Source of the DNA: an uncultured Eubacteriales bacterium
GTDB lineage: Bacteria; Bacillota; Clostridia; Oscillospirales; Acutalibacteraceae
Length of the DNA: 64,000 nt
NCBI GenBank assembly: GCA_900315605.1
Contig: OMZU01000003.1
Location: 12,057 to 76,056 of the forward strand
Direction: 5' to 3'
Below are positions 55,298 through 64,000 of the stretch, in pieces. Below the pieces are notes generated by a model. The model had not been told where the DNA came from. It saw nothing but the letters and a program-made list of their open reading frames with translations, and did not search any database. How positions within the stretch are numbered: the stretch's first letter is position 1; each line of letters begins with the position of its first letter. The position numbers and the translations under genes are program-made.

Positions 55298-56919
55298 TAA
55301 AATTGCATGTAAACAAAGTCGGCGGCGTCAAAGCCCGAGCCGTATACGCCGAACACAACCAAAGCCATAAAGCCGATAAAAATCGCCAGCCATCTGACAG
55401 CAAACGGCTTTGTATCCAGCATTGTGCGGATATCGGTTTTTGGGTTGCGCTCCTGGATAACGCTGATTATAAATATCATCACCGCTCCCATTAGGATAAG
55501 CAGATATTCCTTTTTGCCCAGTCCCAGCTCGCTGATTTGGGACCAGCCGACAGAAAAGCTCTGGTTGGTAAAGAACAGCCAAAACGTGCGCATTGCCTGG
55601 GTGAACGTGGGCGCAACGTCAAACACGTAGCCGACGAGAACAACAACAAAGGTCCTCAAAATTCGGTACAGCACAAAAAGTCCGCTTTCGGGATCAATAT
55701 TGATCTTCTCCTGCATTCTGTCAAACAGAGGCTTCATCAAAACCGAAAGCATGATGATACCGCCGTTCCAAACGCCGAAGCCCACGTATTTCCAGCTTGC
55801 GCCATGCCAAACGCCCACGGTGAAGAATACGATGAACGAAGCTATGCTTGTGGGAAGCACCTTGGCGATATGCGTTCCGGCATTGGTCGCGCCGAATTTT
55901 GTGCCCTTGATTTTTTTGCTGATGTTGAGAAACAGAGACGACATTGCAAGCGGATAGAAAAGGTAATTCTTGAACCAGTTACCCAGCGAAATATGCCAGC
56001 GTCTCCAGTATTCGTTGATATCCTTTGAAAAGTACGGGCGTCTGAAATTCTCCATCATATCTATGCCGAAGATCTGAGCCACACCGCGCGAGATGTCGAT
56101 GCCGCCCGAAAAATCGGCGTAGAGCTGCAAGGCGTAGAGCAAGACCGTAAAGGTGAGCGTTGTTCCGCCAAAGGAGCCGTAGTCGCCGGTGACGGAATTG
56201 ATCGCAATGACCGCGCGGTCGGCAATTATCATCTTTTTGATCATGCCCCACATTATCAGCATAAGTCCGTGCTTAAAGCGTGTAAAATCAAAGTCGTGCG
56301 GCTCAAAAAGCTGGTGAGCCAGATCGTCGTAGATCCCGATAGGTCCCTGGATGATCTGGGGGAAAAACGATACGAACAGCGCGAATTTGAGCGGATTTCT
56401 CTGCGCCGGGGTTTTTTCGCGGTACACGTCCACAATATATCCCATTGACTGGAAGGTATAGAACGAGATTCCCAGCGGCAGGATCAGCTTTAGCGTTGGC
56501 GCAGAAAAGCCGATGCCAAATGAACCGAAAACATCGTTCAGGCTTCCTGCAAAGAAGTTGTAGTATTTTAAAAACGCAAGGATGCCGAAATTAAGCACCA
56601 GACACAGAGCCATTACCAGGCGTTTTCTGTGCTTGATCTTTTCTTTGAATCTCTTTTTTTCATCGCGGCTCCACTCAGCCTTATTTTCCTTGAGCTTTGC
56701 CTTCGATCGGGTCGAAATCTTTTCGATCCATAATGCGATCAGATATGTGCTGCAGGTCGTGAATAAAATATAGCCTGCGTATTTGTAGCTTGCGAACATA
56801 TAGAACACATAGCTCGCAACCAAAAGCACAAACCACTTGTGTTTTTTGATCGGAAACAAAAAATACACGATCATTGTTGCCGCAACAAAAAACAAAAAGT
56901 TTAATGATGTATAACTCAC
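55297..56919 (-). CDS. MBOAT O-acyltransferase (DltB/AlgI-like)
   Basis: LPLGISFYTFQ, FFPQIIQGPI, YADFSG, ENF.RPY, WRRWHISL, GVWHG; GTG start with GGAG RBS. Confidence 0.95.
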   Translation of the reverse strand: MSYTSLNFLFFVAATMIVYFLFPIKKHKWFVLLVASYVFYMFASYKYAGYILFTTCSTYLIALWIEKISTRSKAKLKENKAEWSRDEKKRFKEKIKHRKRLVMALCLVLNFGILAFLKYYNFFAGSLNDVFGSFGIGFSAPTLKLILPLGISFYTFQSMGYIVDVYREKTPAQRNPLKFALFVSFFPQIIQGPIGIYDDLAHQLFEPHDFDFTRFKHGLMLIMWGMIKKMIIADRAVIAINSVTGDYGSFGGTTLTFTVLLYALQLYADFSGGIDISRGVAQIFGIDMMENFRRPYFSKDINEYWRRWHISLGNWFKNYLFYPLAMSSLFLNISKKIKGTKFGATNAGTHIAKVLPTSIASFIVFFTVGVWHGASWKYVGFGVWNGGIIMLSVLMKPLFDRMQEKINIDPESGLFVLYRILRTFVVVLVGYVFDVAPTFTQAMRTFWLFFTNQSFSVGWSQISELGLGKKEYLLILMGAVMIFIISVIQERNPKTDIRTMLDTKPFAVRWLAIFIGFMALVVFGVYGSGFDAADFVYMQF

Positions 56920-57045
56920 GTTTATTTCTCCCAAAGTCGTCTGTTGCCGATAGTTTTTGTACCAAAACAGATATCAGCGACAGAATATAGCGCAATAATA
57001 GAATCAGGTGTGCAAAATCGCACAGAGGGGTATCTAACTGTTGCC

Positions 57046-58233
57046 TTAAACGATTTCATACGGCGTATTAAATACGTCCGCACGCAAAAGCTTTCTTACT
57101 AATTTCAGACCGTCCTTTTCGGAATACATCCAAATCGAAGGAAGCTCGCGGCTGAGGAATACAGCCATGCCCTCCATTGAGGAATACGCGCCGGTCCTGC
57201 AAAAAACAAGAACGTCGCCGATCTCAAGCGAATCAAACTCGGCGTCGCGCGCCAGAATGTCGTTTGTTGTGCAGAGGCTTCCGCAGAGAGTCCATTTTTC
57301 GGTCTTGCTCTCCTTGCACTCGTCGGATTTGATATGCTCGATGACCGGGATCTGCATTCCCTGGATCTGACCGTCGTATTTAAGGTGATTCATTCCGCCG
57401 TCAACGATAGCATAGTTGATCCCGGCGTTGGTCTTTACGTCCATCACCTTTGTGAAATAATATCCGCAGGGTGCGGCGAAGAATCTTCCCATTTCAACGG
57501 TAAGCTCATATTTTTCGGCAACCGCTCTTACCTTGTCGGAGATCGCGGCAAGCCTTTCTTCCTCGGAGCTGTCGGCGTCCGCCTTAAAGTAGTCCACCGC
57601 AAGGCCTGTGCCGTATTCGATCCTTTTGATTTCAAGCCCGGTTTCTTCCTTTACCCTGTCGGCAAAGGCAGAGATGAAATCAAGCTCCTTTTCGATCGCG
57701 GCAGGCTTTCTCTTCTGGGTTCCGGTAAAGAAATGCAGACCGACGATATCTATTCCCTCATACTCGTCGCGGTGCGAAATCAAATCGAGCGCGTCTTTTT
57801 CATCCATACCGAACTGGCTTCCGCCCGTTACCCTTACCAGCACGGGAACCTTGATCCCGCGCTTGACCGCGCTGTTGTTGATTAGCTCGGCGTGAAGCCA
57901 GCTCTCGGCGGTAAAGGTTCCAACCTTGTCGTCCATTGCGCGCTCAACATCCTCGGGGGTTTTGTTCACGCCCGAAAAAATGATCGTCGCCGGATCTGCG
58001 CCTGTTTTTTCGCAGACGGTCAGCTCTCCGGGGCTGCAAACCTCGATCTTGTCAAAAACCTCGGGCAAGCATCCCAGCAAAAACGGATTTGCCTTGATTG
58101 AAAAGCACAGTCCGGTTTTTTCGCCGAAATATTTTTTTACAAGCCTTGCTCGCTGTTCAAACTCGTCCACGCTGAAAACATAGGACGGTGTGTCGGTTTC
58201 TTTGAGAAGCTGTATCAATTGTGTTTTATTCAT
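57046..58233 (-). CDS. PLP-dependent fold-type III (DAP/Orn/Arg family) decarboxylase, divergent
   Basis: FSIKANP PLP lysine, CSPGE, EMGRFF, VDGGMNH, GSLC..NDIL, GAYS. Confidence 0.85.
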   Translation of the reverse strand: MNKTQLIQLLKETDTPSYVFSVDEFEQRARLVKKYFGEKTGLCFSIKANPFLLGCLPEVFDKIEVCSPGELTVCEKTGADPATIIFSGVNKTPEDVERAMDDKVGTFTAESWLHAELINNSAVKRGIKVPVLVRVTGGSQFGMDEKDALDLISHRDEYEGIDIVGLHFFTGTQKRKPAAIEKELDFISAFADRVKEETGLEIKRIEYGTGLAVDYFKADADSSEEERLAAISDKVRAVAEKYELTVEMGRFFAAPCGYYFTKVMDVKTNAGINYAIVDGGMNHLKYDGQIQGMQIPVIEHIKSDECKESKTEKWTLCGSLCTTNDILARDAEFDSLEIGDVLVFCRTGAYSSMEGMAVFLSRELPSIWMYSEKDGLKLVRKLLRADVFNTPYEIV

Positions 58234-58254
58234 ATATATCACCGTATATAACGC

Positions 58255-58283
58255 AGGCAACACCGCTTGATTTGGGTATGCGC
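58255..58283. repeat. Degenerate family A end
   Basis: aggcaacaccgcttgatttgggtatgcgc, 23/29 to 33729-33757. Confidence 0.5.
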
Positions 58284-58317
58284 CCCGATTTGCGCAGAGC
58301 TGCCCGCAGTAAATTCA

Positions 58318-58352
58318 AGACAAAAGCTTCCTTACCAAAAAGAAAGCTTTTG
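58318..58352 (-). terminator. Hairpin between ACP and decarboxylase genes
   Basis: gacaaaagctt...aagcttttgtc 11-bp stem. Confidence 0.7.
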
Positions 58353-58390
58353 TCATTTTGAAAATTATCAGATTTGTGTTTAAGCCCGGA

Positions 58391-58618
58391 TCATTCGTCC
58401 TGAAGCTGCTCGATAAGAGCCATCATAGCCTTTGCTGAATTAAAGTTATCGGGAACCAGATTGTTAGGCTTGATTTCGATGTCAAAGGCGTCGTTAAGCT
58501 CGCCGACAAGAGCAACGATATCAAACGAATCAAGGATTCCGTCTGTGATCAAAGCCGTTTCATTTTCAAAGTCAACGTCCGGTCTTAATTCGCCCAGGAT
58601 CTCAAGTAATTCTTCCAT
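58391..58618 (-). CDS. Acyl/aminoacyl carrier protein (DltC-like)
   Basis: 75 aa, acidic, GILDSF phosphopantetheine serine, NF.S motif. Confidence 0.92.
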   Translation of the reverse strand: MEELLEILGELRPDVDFENETALITDGILDSFDIVALVGELNDAFDIEIKPNNLVPDNFNSAKAMMALIEQLQDE

Positions 58619-58722
58619 TGATTTTACCTCTTTTCTTTTGTATATTGCGGCTGTTGATAAAGCCGTCTTTATTCAAAGCGCGCCGTATTTTCGGCACGGT
58701 TTTTGACCTTGTTAAATCGCCC

Positions 58723-60231
58723 TTATTTAAAATATGATTTAAGGGTCTGCATATCGGTCTTGCCGTTCGGCAGGGTGGGCAGAGCCTCAAGGTTGATAAG
58801 CTTTCTGGGCGACATAAAGCCCGGAAGCACCTTGCGGAAGTGGATGACGATATCCTTTGAGGTCGCCTCTCCGGTATAGAACAGATAGAGCTGCTCCTTT
58901 TCTTTGTAATATAGCGAGCAGCAGTCAAGAACTCCCTCAACCTGCTTTGCAGTTTCTTCGATCTCGCCGAGCTCGATCCTGTGACCCATGTGCTTGATCT
59001 GACGATCCTTTCTTCCGTGGAATTCAAGTATACCGTCGGGATCAAAGCTGCCCAGGTCTCCGGTTTTGTAAATCAGCTCACGATAGTTTTGATTGAGCGG
59101 ATTTTGAATAAAGCTCTCGGCGGTCTTTTCGGGGTTTCCGTAATAGCCCAGCGCGAGGATAGGACCGCTTACGCAGATCTCGCCGATCTCGCCCGGCTTT
59201 GTGGCGGTCCCGTCCTCGTTAAGAAGCGTGACCGTATAGTTTTCATAGGGCTCGCCGATTGGCAGAACAGTGTCGTCGTCAACCTGCTCGTTCACAATAT
59301 AGTAGGTGCAGGAGGCAGTCGCCTCGGTGGGACCGTACTGATTCACATAAAGCACATCGGGAAGATTCTGCTGCCAGATCTTCAGGTATTTGCAGGGCAT
59401 TACCGAGCCCGAGAAGCAAAGCTTTTTGAGATATTCGGGCTTGACCGTATCAAACGCGCCCAGCTTTGCCGGAAGCTCAACGCCGGCAACGCTCCAGCAA
59501 AGAGCGGTTACTTTGTTTTTATTCAGCGTATCAAAAAGCTGAGTAGGCATTGCGAACTCATTTTTTGGGATGATAACAGTTGACGCACCGGTTTTGATCG
59601 GGAAATAAATATCTCTTACCGCTGCAATATAATCAAGCGGCGACTGGCTGCCGAAAACGTCGGTCTCGTCAACCGAGAGCACCTTGCTCACCGCGTCGAT
59701 ATAACACATCAGCGAATGGTGAGAGGTGATTACTCCCTTTGGAACTCCTGTTGAGCCGGAGGTGAAAATAACATACAGCGGCGAAAGCTCGTTGAGACCC
59801 TTTTGAGCCTTTGACAAAACAGCCTCGTCCGCAGGAGTATTGAGGATATCCTCCATAACGATCACAGTGCCGTCAAAATCAAGAGCGTTTGCGATATCAA
59901 GGTGTTCTTTGTCAACAAGCATATAGTCAGACTTTATGACGCCGATGATTTGGTTGAGCCTTGTTTGAGGCATAGTCGCGTCCATCGGAGCGTAGAAGCA
60001 GCCTGCTCTGACGATCCCCAAAAAACAGGCAGGGGTCAGCGCATGTCTGCCCGACATAACTATTACCGGACTTTTTGCCGGAACAACACCGGCAAGGTAG
60101 GTGCCGATCGATTTTGTAAGCTTGTTGAATTCACCAAAGCTCAGGCTTTGAGAGCTGTCTGTAAAGATGGTTTTGTCGGGGAATTTTTCCGCCGTGCTGT
60201 CAAGCCAGCATAATACCGATGTGTTAATAAT
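58723..60231 (-). CDS. Stand-alone adenylation enzyme (DltA-like); start probably ATT at 60231 or 60228
   Basis: YVIFTSGSTGVPKG, NQYGPTE, YKTGDL, GRKDRQIK..G.RIELGEIE, NGKTD. Confidence 0.9.
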   Translation of the reverse strand: MINTSVLCWLDSTAEKFPDKTIFTDSSQSLSFGEFNKLTKSIGTYLAGVVPAKSPVIVMSGRHALTPACFLGIVRAGCFYAPMDATMPQTRLNQIIGVIKSDYMLVDKEHLDIANALDFDGTVIVMEDILNTPADEAVLSKAQKGLNELSPLYVIFTSGSTGVPKGVITSHHSLMCYIDAVSKVLSVDETDVFGSQSPLDYIAAVRDIYFPIKTGASTVIIPKNEFAMPTQLFDTLNKNKVTALCWSVAGVELPAKLGAFDTVKPEYLKKLCFSGSVMPCKYLKIWQQNLPDVLYVNQYGPTEATASCTYYIVNEQVDDDTVLPIGEPYENYTVTLLNEDGTATKPGEIGEICVSGPILALGYYGNPEKTAESFIQNPLNQNYRELIYKTGDLGSFDPDGILEFHGRKDRQIKHMGHRIELGEIEETAKQVEGVLDCCSLYYKEKEQLYLFYTGEATSKDIVIHFRKVLPGFMSPRKLINLEALPTLPNGKTDMQTLKSYFK

Positions 60232-60277
60232 GATCGCCTCCGTATTCCATTCCCTAGAAACGCGTAGAATTATATAT

Positions 60278-60306
60278 ATTTTATACTTTTTATTCAGAAT
60301 AGTCAA
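60278..60306 (-). promoter_or_regulatory. Sigma-A promoter of the Dlt-like operon
   Basis: TTGACT-17-TAAAAT on minus strand. Confidence 0.75.
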
Positions 60307-60409
60307 GGTTTGAAGCAAAATACTTTTGATTTGCAGCTGTTTATATTGCCAAAAAGCGGTATTTTTGTTGATTTTTATTCAAATTCACTGTGAATATTCA
60401 AAAAAAACA

Positions 60410-60480
60410 AAAAACGCGGAAGCGATCGCAGGGTCATCAGCCAAAAAACAACGGCTGATCCCCTGCGGCTTTCCGCGCCG
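60410..60480 (-). terminator. Long hairpin after purL / zinc-ribbon gene
   Basis: cgcggaa..gcaggg..atcagcc / ggctgat..ccctgc..ttccgcg. Confidence 0.75.
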
Positions 60481-60503
60481 ATTATTATTGTATGTTAATC
60501 AAA

Positions 60504-61121
60504 TCAACAAATTGCGTCATAAATTTTGTCAATAAGCTTTGCTATAAGATCAAACTTGCCAATAATTGGAAGCTCCGCCCTTTTGCCTGTTGCGGCGTTT
60601 ACAATTCCGATGATCGCGAGCACGAGGAAGAAAATTGAAGCCAAGCCCAAAATAACCCCCACAAGGCTTACAAACGGATGCTGACGGTAGCCGAACCATG
60701 TCAGCTCAGGTCTGAAAATAGAGTTCAGGATCGCCATGAGAACAGCCTGCACAATTGCATAGGCAAGGGAAGCGGCACAAAGAGTTGCTCCCTGGCGAAC
60801 ATGAAAACGAGTGTACTCCGAATGCTTTGCCGCAAACAGCGGGATCAGGAATAACAAGCTCAAATAGGACAGCCATGCTATGCCCTTGTTTTTCTGAACA
60901 TCGGCGTCGTCCGAGAGGATCTCGGGCTGGACCGGCTGCTGATTATAACCGTTCTGCTGAGGGTCGGAATACTGCTGTGCGCCGGAATACTGCTGAGGTC
61001 CGCCGTACTGCTGTTCGTTTTGCTGTGCCGAAGCTACGTTATCATTCACGGATGTTCCGCATTTATCGCAAAACATTGCGTCGTCGGAAATTTGATTACC
61101 GCAATTTTTACAAAATGCCAT
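60504..61121 (-). CDS. Zinc-ribbon plus DUF4870-like membrane protein
   Basis: FCKNCG..FCDKCG, Q-rich linker, K.IAWLSY, FHVRQG, AATG..ELPIIG. Confidence 0.85.
   Translation of the reverse strand: MAFCKNCGNQISDDAMFCDKCGTSVNDNVASAQQNEQQYGGPQQYSGAQQYSDPQQNGYNQQPVQPEILSDDADVQKNKGIAWLSYLSLLFLIPLFAAKHSEYTRFHVRQGATLCAASLAYAIVQAVLMAILNSIFRPELTWFGYRQHPFVSLVGVILGLASIFFLVLAIIGIVNAATGKRAELPIIGKFDLIAKLIDKIYDAIC
60924..61013 (-). repeat. In-frame 18-bp tandem repeat x5
   Basis: Encodes QQYGGP QQYSGA QQYSDP QQNGYN QQPVQP. Confidence 0.85.
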
Positions 61122-61135
61122 GGTTGATATCCCCC

Positions 61136-64000
61136 TTATTTAAAATATTTTACGCCGCTCTCAAAGATTTTTTGATCCTTTTCAAACGGAACATTTTTAT
61201 ACAGATTTTCGCCCTTTCTTTCGCTGTGACCCATCTTTCCGAGGATCCTTCCGTCGGGCGAGGTGATGCCCTCGATCGCGCATACCGAGCCGTTGAGGTT
61301 GAACTCAATGCTCTCGCCCGGCTTGCCGCTGAGGTCTACATACTGAGTGGCGATCTGACCGTTTTGGGCAAGGCGTTTAACGGTTTCGGTATCCGCCATA
61401 AACCTGCCCTCGCCGTGAGAAACCGGAACCGCGAAAACGTCGCCGGCGTTCACGCCCGAGAACCACGGCGACTTGACCGAGGTAACTCTTGTGTACGCCA
61501 TATGCGAAATATGTCTGCCCACGGTGTTAAAGGTCAGGGTCGGGTCGGTTTCGCTCAGCTCGCGGATCTCGCCGTAGGGAACAAGTCCGAGCTTGATCAG
61601 AGCCTGGAAGCCGTTGCAGATTCCGAGCATAAGACCGTCGCGGTTTTTGAGCAGGTCGCTGACTGCCTCGGCGATCCTGGGATTGCGGAAGGTCGTTGCA
61701 ATAAACTTGCCCGAGCCGTCGGGCTCGTCGCCGCCCGAGAAGCCGCCCGGAAGCATTATCATCTGAGAGGTCTTTATGATGCTCTCCATCTTGTCGATCG
61801 TCTCCTCGATCCCCTGCTGGGTGAGGTTTTTAACGATCAGCATTTCGACCTCCGCGCCTGCCTTTTCAAAGGCTCTTGCGGTGTCTACCTCGCAGTTTGT
61901 GCCGGGGAACACCGGGATGAATACCTTTGGCTTTGCGACCTTGATCGCCGGTGAAGAAGTGTTTCTCTCGGTGAACAGCGGAGCGTCAACCTCGATCTCG
62001 GGGCACTCAGCCTGAGTCGGGAACACCTTTTCAAGCGGAGCTGTCCATGCTTCGAGGATCTTGTCAAGCGCGACGCCTGCGCCGCCCATTGTGATTTTGC
62101 CGTCGTCGGTAACGGTACCGAGGTCATAGCTCAATACGCTCTCGTCAAGCTGCGCTCCCTCGGCAAGCTCGATCACAAGTGAGCCCGAAAGCGGAGCAAA
62201 GAGCTCGGTGTTGCTCAGCTCCTTTGTAAAGCTGAAGCCAAAGCCGTTGCCGAAGCAAGCCTTGCAAACGCTTGCCGCCGCGCCGCCCTCCTTGACAACG
62301 GAAGCGGAAAGAATCTTTCCTTCGTTTGCAAGTGCGAATACCGCAGCGTACATCGCCTTGAGCTTATCCCAGTCGGGGGTGAGGGCTTCTTTGTTTTCGG
62401 GAACCGGAACATAGATGATCTTGGAGCCCGGCTTTTTAAATTCAGCCGAAATCGTTTTGGAAGCCTTGGTCATAGCGACCGCAAAGCTTACGAGTGTGGG
62501 CGGAACGTCGATATCCTCAAACGTTCCCGACATGCTGTCCTTGCCGCCGATTGACGGAAGTCCGAGCTTGAGCTGAGCCTGCATTGCGCCCAAAAGTGCT
62601 GCGGCAGGCTTGCCCCAGCGCGAGGGAACGTCCTTCAGTCTTTCAAAATACTCCTGGAAGGTGAGCCTTGCTGTCAGCGGATCAGCGCCGATAGCAAGCA
62701 ACTTTGAGAGGCTTTCTACCACAGCGTAAGCCGAGCCGTGGAACGGGCTCCAGCGCGAAACGCCGGGGATAAAGCCGTAGCTCATTGCGGTGGCGTCGTC
62801 GGTCTCGCCCTTTTCGAGCGGAAGCTTTGCCGCCATTGCCTCCTGAGGAGTTAGCTGGGTCTTGCCGCCGAACGGCATGATTACCGTTGCCGCGCCGATC
62901 GAGGAGTCGAATCTTTCTGCAAGACCGATCTGAGAGCAAACCTCAAGTCTGCCCATATTTTTAACGATAGCGTCCTCAAAGCCGAGACCATCAAGGCAGT
63001 CGGGGCATTTTTCGCGGTAGCAGTCCTCCGCCTTTGGAGCGGTGATGTACGCCTTTGCCTCCTGAGTGACGCCGTTTGTGTTCAGAAATTCGCGGCTCAA
63101 ATCAACTATCTTGTCGCCGCGCCAGTTCATTGTCAGGCGCGGGCTCTCGGTAACTACCGCAACAGCAGTTGCCTCAAGGTTTTCCTTTTGCGCCTCTGCA
63201 ATGAATTTTTCAACATCATTTTTATCGAGAACGACAGCCATTCTCTCCTGGCTCTCCGAGATAGCAAGCTCGGTTCCGTCGAGGCCGTCGTATTTTTTTG
63301 TGACCTTGTCAAGCTCAACCGTCAGTCCGTCCGCAAGCTCGCCGATGGCAACGCAAACGCCGCCTGCACCAAAGTCGTTGCATCTCTTTATGAGCTTTGC
63401 GACCTCGGGATTTCTGAACAAACGCTGGATCTTGCGCTCTGTGGGCGGATTACCCTTTTGAACCTCCGCGCCGCAGGTTTCGATCGAGCTTTCGGTGTGC
63501 GCCTTTGACGAGCCTGTTGCGCCGCCGCAGCCGTCGCGGCCTGTTCTGCCGCCCAAAAGCACGATAACATCGTCGGGAGCCGGAACCTCGCGGATCACGT
63601 TCTCCTTGGGAGAAGCTCCGATCACCGCGCCGATCTCCATACGCTTTGCAACATAGCCCTGATCGTAAAGCTCAACGACCTGACCTGTGGCAAGACCGAT
63701 CTGGTTGCCGTAGGAGCTGTAGCCGTTTGCCGCTCCGGTGGTGATTTTTCTTGACGGAAGCTTGCCGTGCATCGTGTCCTTAAAGGGGATCGTCGGGTCG
63801 CCCGAGCCGGTCACGCGCATAGCCTGATATACATAAGCTCTGCCCGAAAGCGGATCGCGGATCGCACCGCCCAGGCAGGTTGCCGCGCCGCCGAAGGGCT
63901 CGATCTCGGTCGGGTGGTTGTGGGTCTCGTTTTTGAACTGAACCAGCCATTTTTCGGTCTTGCCGTCGATCGTGACCGGAACCTCGATCGAACAGGCGTT
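61136..64000 (-). CDS. purL: Phosphoribosylformylglycinamidine synthase, large fused type; 5' end outside the window
   Basis: ETHNHPT/GGAAT..GGAIRD at window end, CNDFGAGG, GGKDSMSG, FPGTNCE, GGFSGGD, GICNGFQ, GKMGHSER. Confidence 0.97.
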   Translation of the reverse strand, partial: NACSIEVPVTIDGKTEKWLVQFKNETHNHPTEIEPFGGAATCLGGAIRDPLSGRAYVYQAMRVTGSGDPTIPFKDTMHGKLPSRKITTGAANGYSSYGNQIGLATGQVVELYDQGYVAKRMEIGAVIGASPKENVIREVPAPDDVIVLLGGRTGRDGCGGATGSSKAHTESSIETCGAEVQKGNPPTERKIQRLFRNPEVAKLIKRCNDFGAGGVCVAIGELADGLTVELDKVTKKYDGLDGTELAISESQERMAVVLDKNDVEKFIAEAQKENLEATAVAVVTESPRLTMNWRGDKIVDLSREFLNTNGVTQEAKAYITAPKAEDCYREKCPDCLDGLGFEDAIVKNMGRLEVCSQIGLAERFDSSIGAATVIMPFGGKTQLTPQEAMAAKLPLEKGETDDATAMSYGFIPGVSRWSPFHGSAYAVVESLSKLLAIGADPLTARLTFQEYFERLKDVPSRWGKPAAALLGAMQAQLKLGLPSIGGKDSMSGTFEDIDVPPTLVSFAVAMTKASKTISAEFKKPGSKIIYVPVPENKEALTPDWDKLKAMYAAVFALANEGKILSASVVKEGGAAASVCKACFGNGFGFSFTKELSNTELFAPLSGSLVIELAEGAQLDESVLSYDLGTVTDDGKITMGGAGVALDKILEAWTAPLEKVFPTQAECPEIEVDAPLFTERNTSSPAIKVAKPKVFIPVFPGTNCEVDTARAFEKAGAEVEMLIVKNLTQQGIEETIDKMESIIKTSQMIMLPGGFSGGDEPDGSGKFIATTFRNPRIAEAVSDLLKNRDGLMLGICNGFQALIKLGLVPYGEIRELSETDPTLTFNTVGRHISHMAYTRVTSVKSPWFSGVNAGDVFAVPVSHGEGRFMADTETVKRLAQNGQIATQYVDLSGKPGESIEFNLNGSVCAIEGITSPDGRILGKMGHSERKGENLYKNVPFEKDQKIFESGVKYFK

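Noticed and set aside
57046-58233. Plain lysA call
   Set aside because: Divergent motifs (FSIK, HFFTGTQ, EYGTG) and position inside an ACP/MBOAT operon; left unnamed, though LysA activity is not excluded
53955-60231. Naming the genes dltABCD
   Set aside because: Different order, extra decarboxylase, atypical A4 motif, no dltX; D-Ala specificity unsupported
60755-61954. 399-aa plus-strand ORF
   Set aside because: Antisense to purL and the zinc-ribbon gene, no recognisable domain
1-64000. CRISPR array, rRNA, transposase or prophage genes
   Set aside because: No regularly spaced repeat-spacer array or matching ORFs seen

Overview
Chromosomal window from a moderately GC-rich anaerobic Firmicute. 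Type I dockerins, a CBM26-like module and a cohesin-like lipoprotein suggest a Ruminococcus bromii-like Oscillospiraceae member (inference). Housekeeping blocks are accB-fabZ-accCDA, ddh, nadBC, hflX, adhE, pyk-aroK, yicC-remA-gmk-rpoZ-priA-def-fmt-yugP-rsmB-rlmN-stp-prkC-rsgA-thiN, two tRNA-Ala(GGC) and partial purL. Accessory modules are interleaved: (1) a Dlt-like operon (adenylation enzyme, ACP, MBOAT, SGNH/DltD-like protein) with an inserted PLP-dependent DAP-decarboxylase-like enzyme, an atypical A4 motif and an apparent non-AUG start; this is the best candidate for an undescribed envelope-modification pathway; (2) tandem CotH kinase-dockerin-CBM26 genes divergent from a cohesin-like lipoprotein; (3) an HprK-like kinase / S26-like peptidase / nucleotidyltransferase operon with no visible precursor peptide or RRE; (4) a RelB-like plus zeta-like ATPase cassette between two copies of one terminator; (5) an ApaLI-like type II R-M pair; (6) orphan class C sortases, a PASTA pseudokinase and a lone SLATT/DUF4231 gene; (7) three families of small inverted-repeat-bounded (MITE-like) elements. 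No CRISPR array, rRNA, integrase or transposase was seen. All family calls come from motif recognition by eye, with no database searches.
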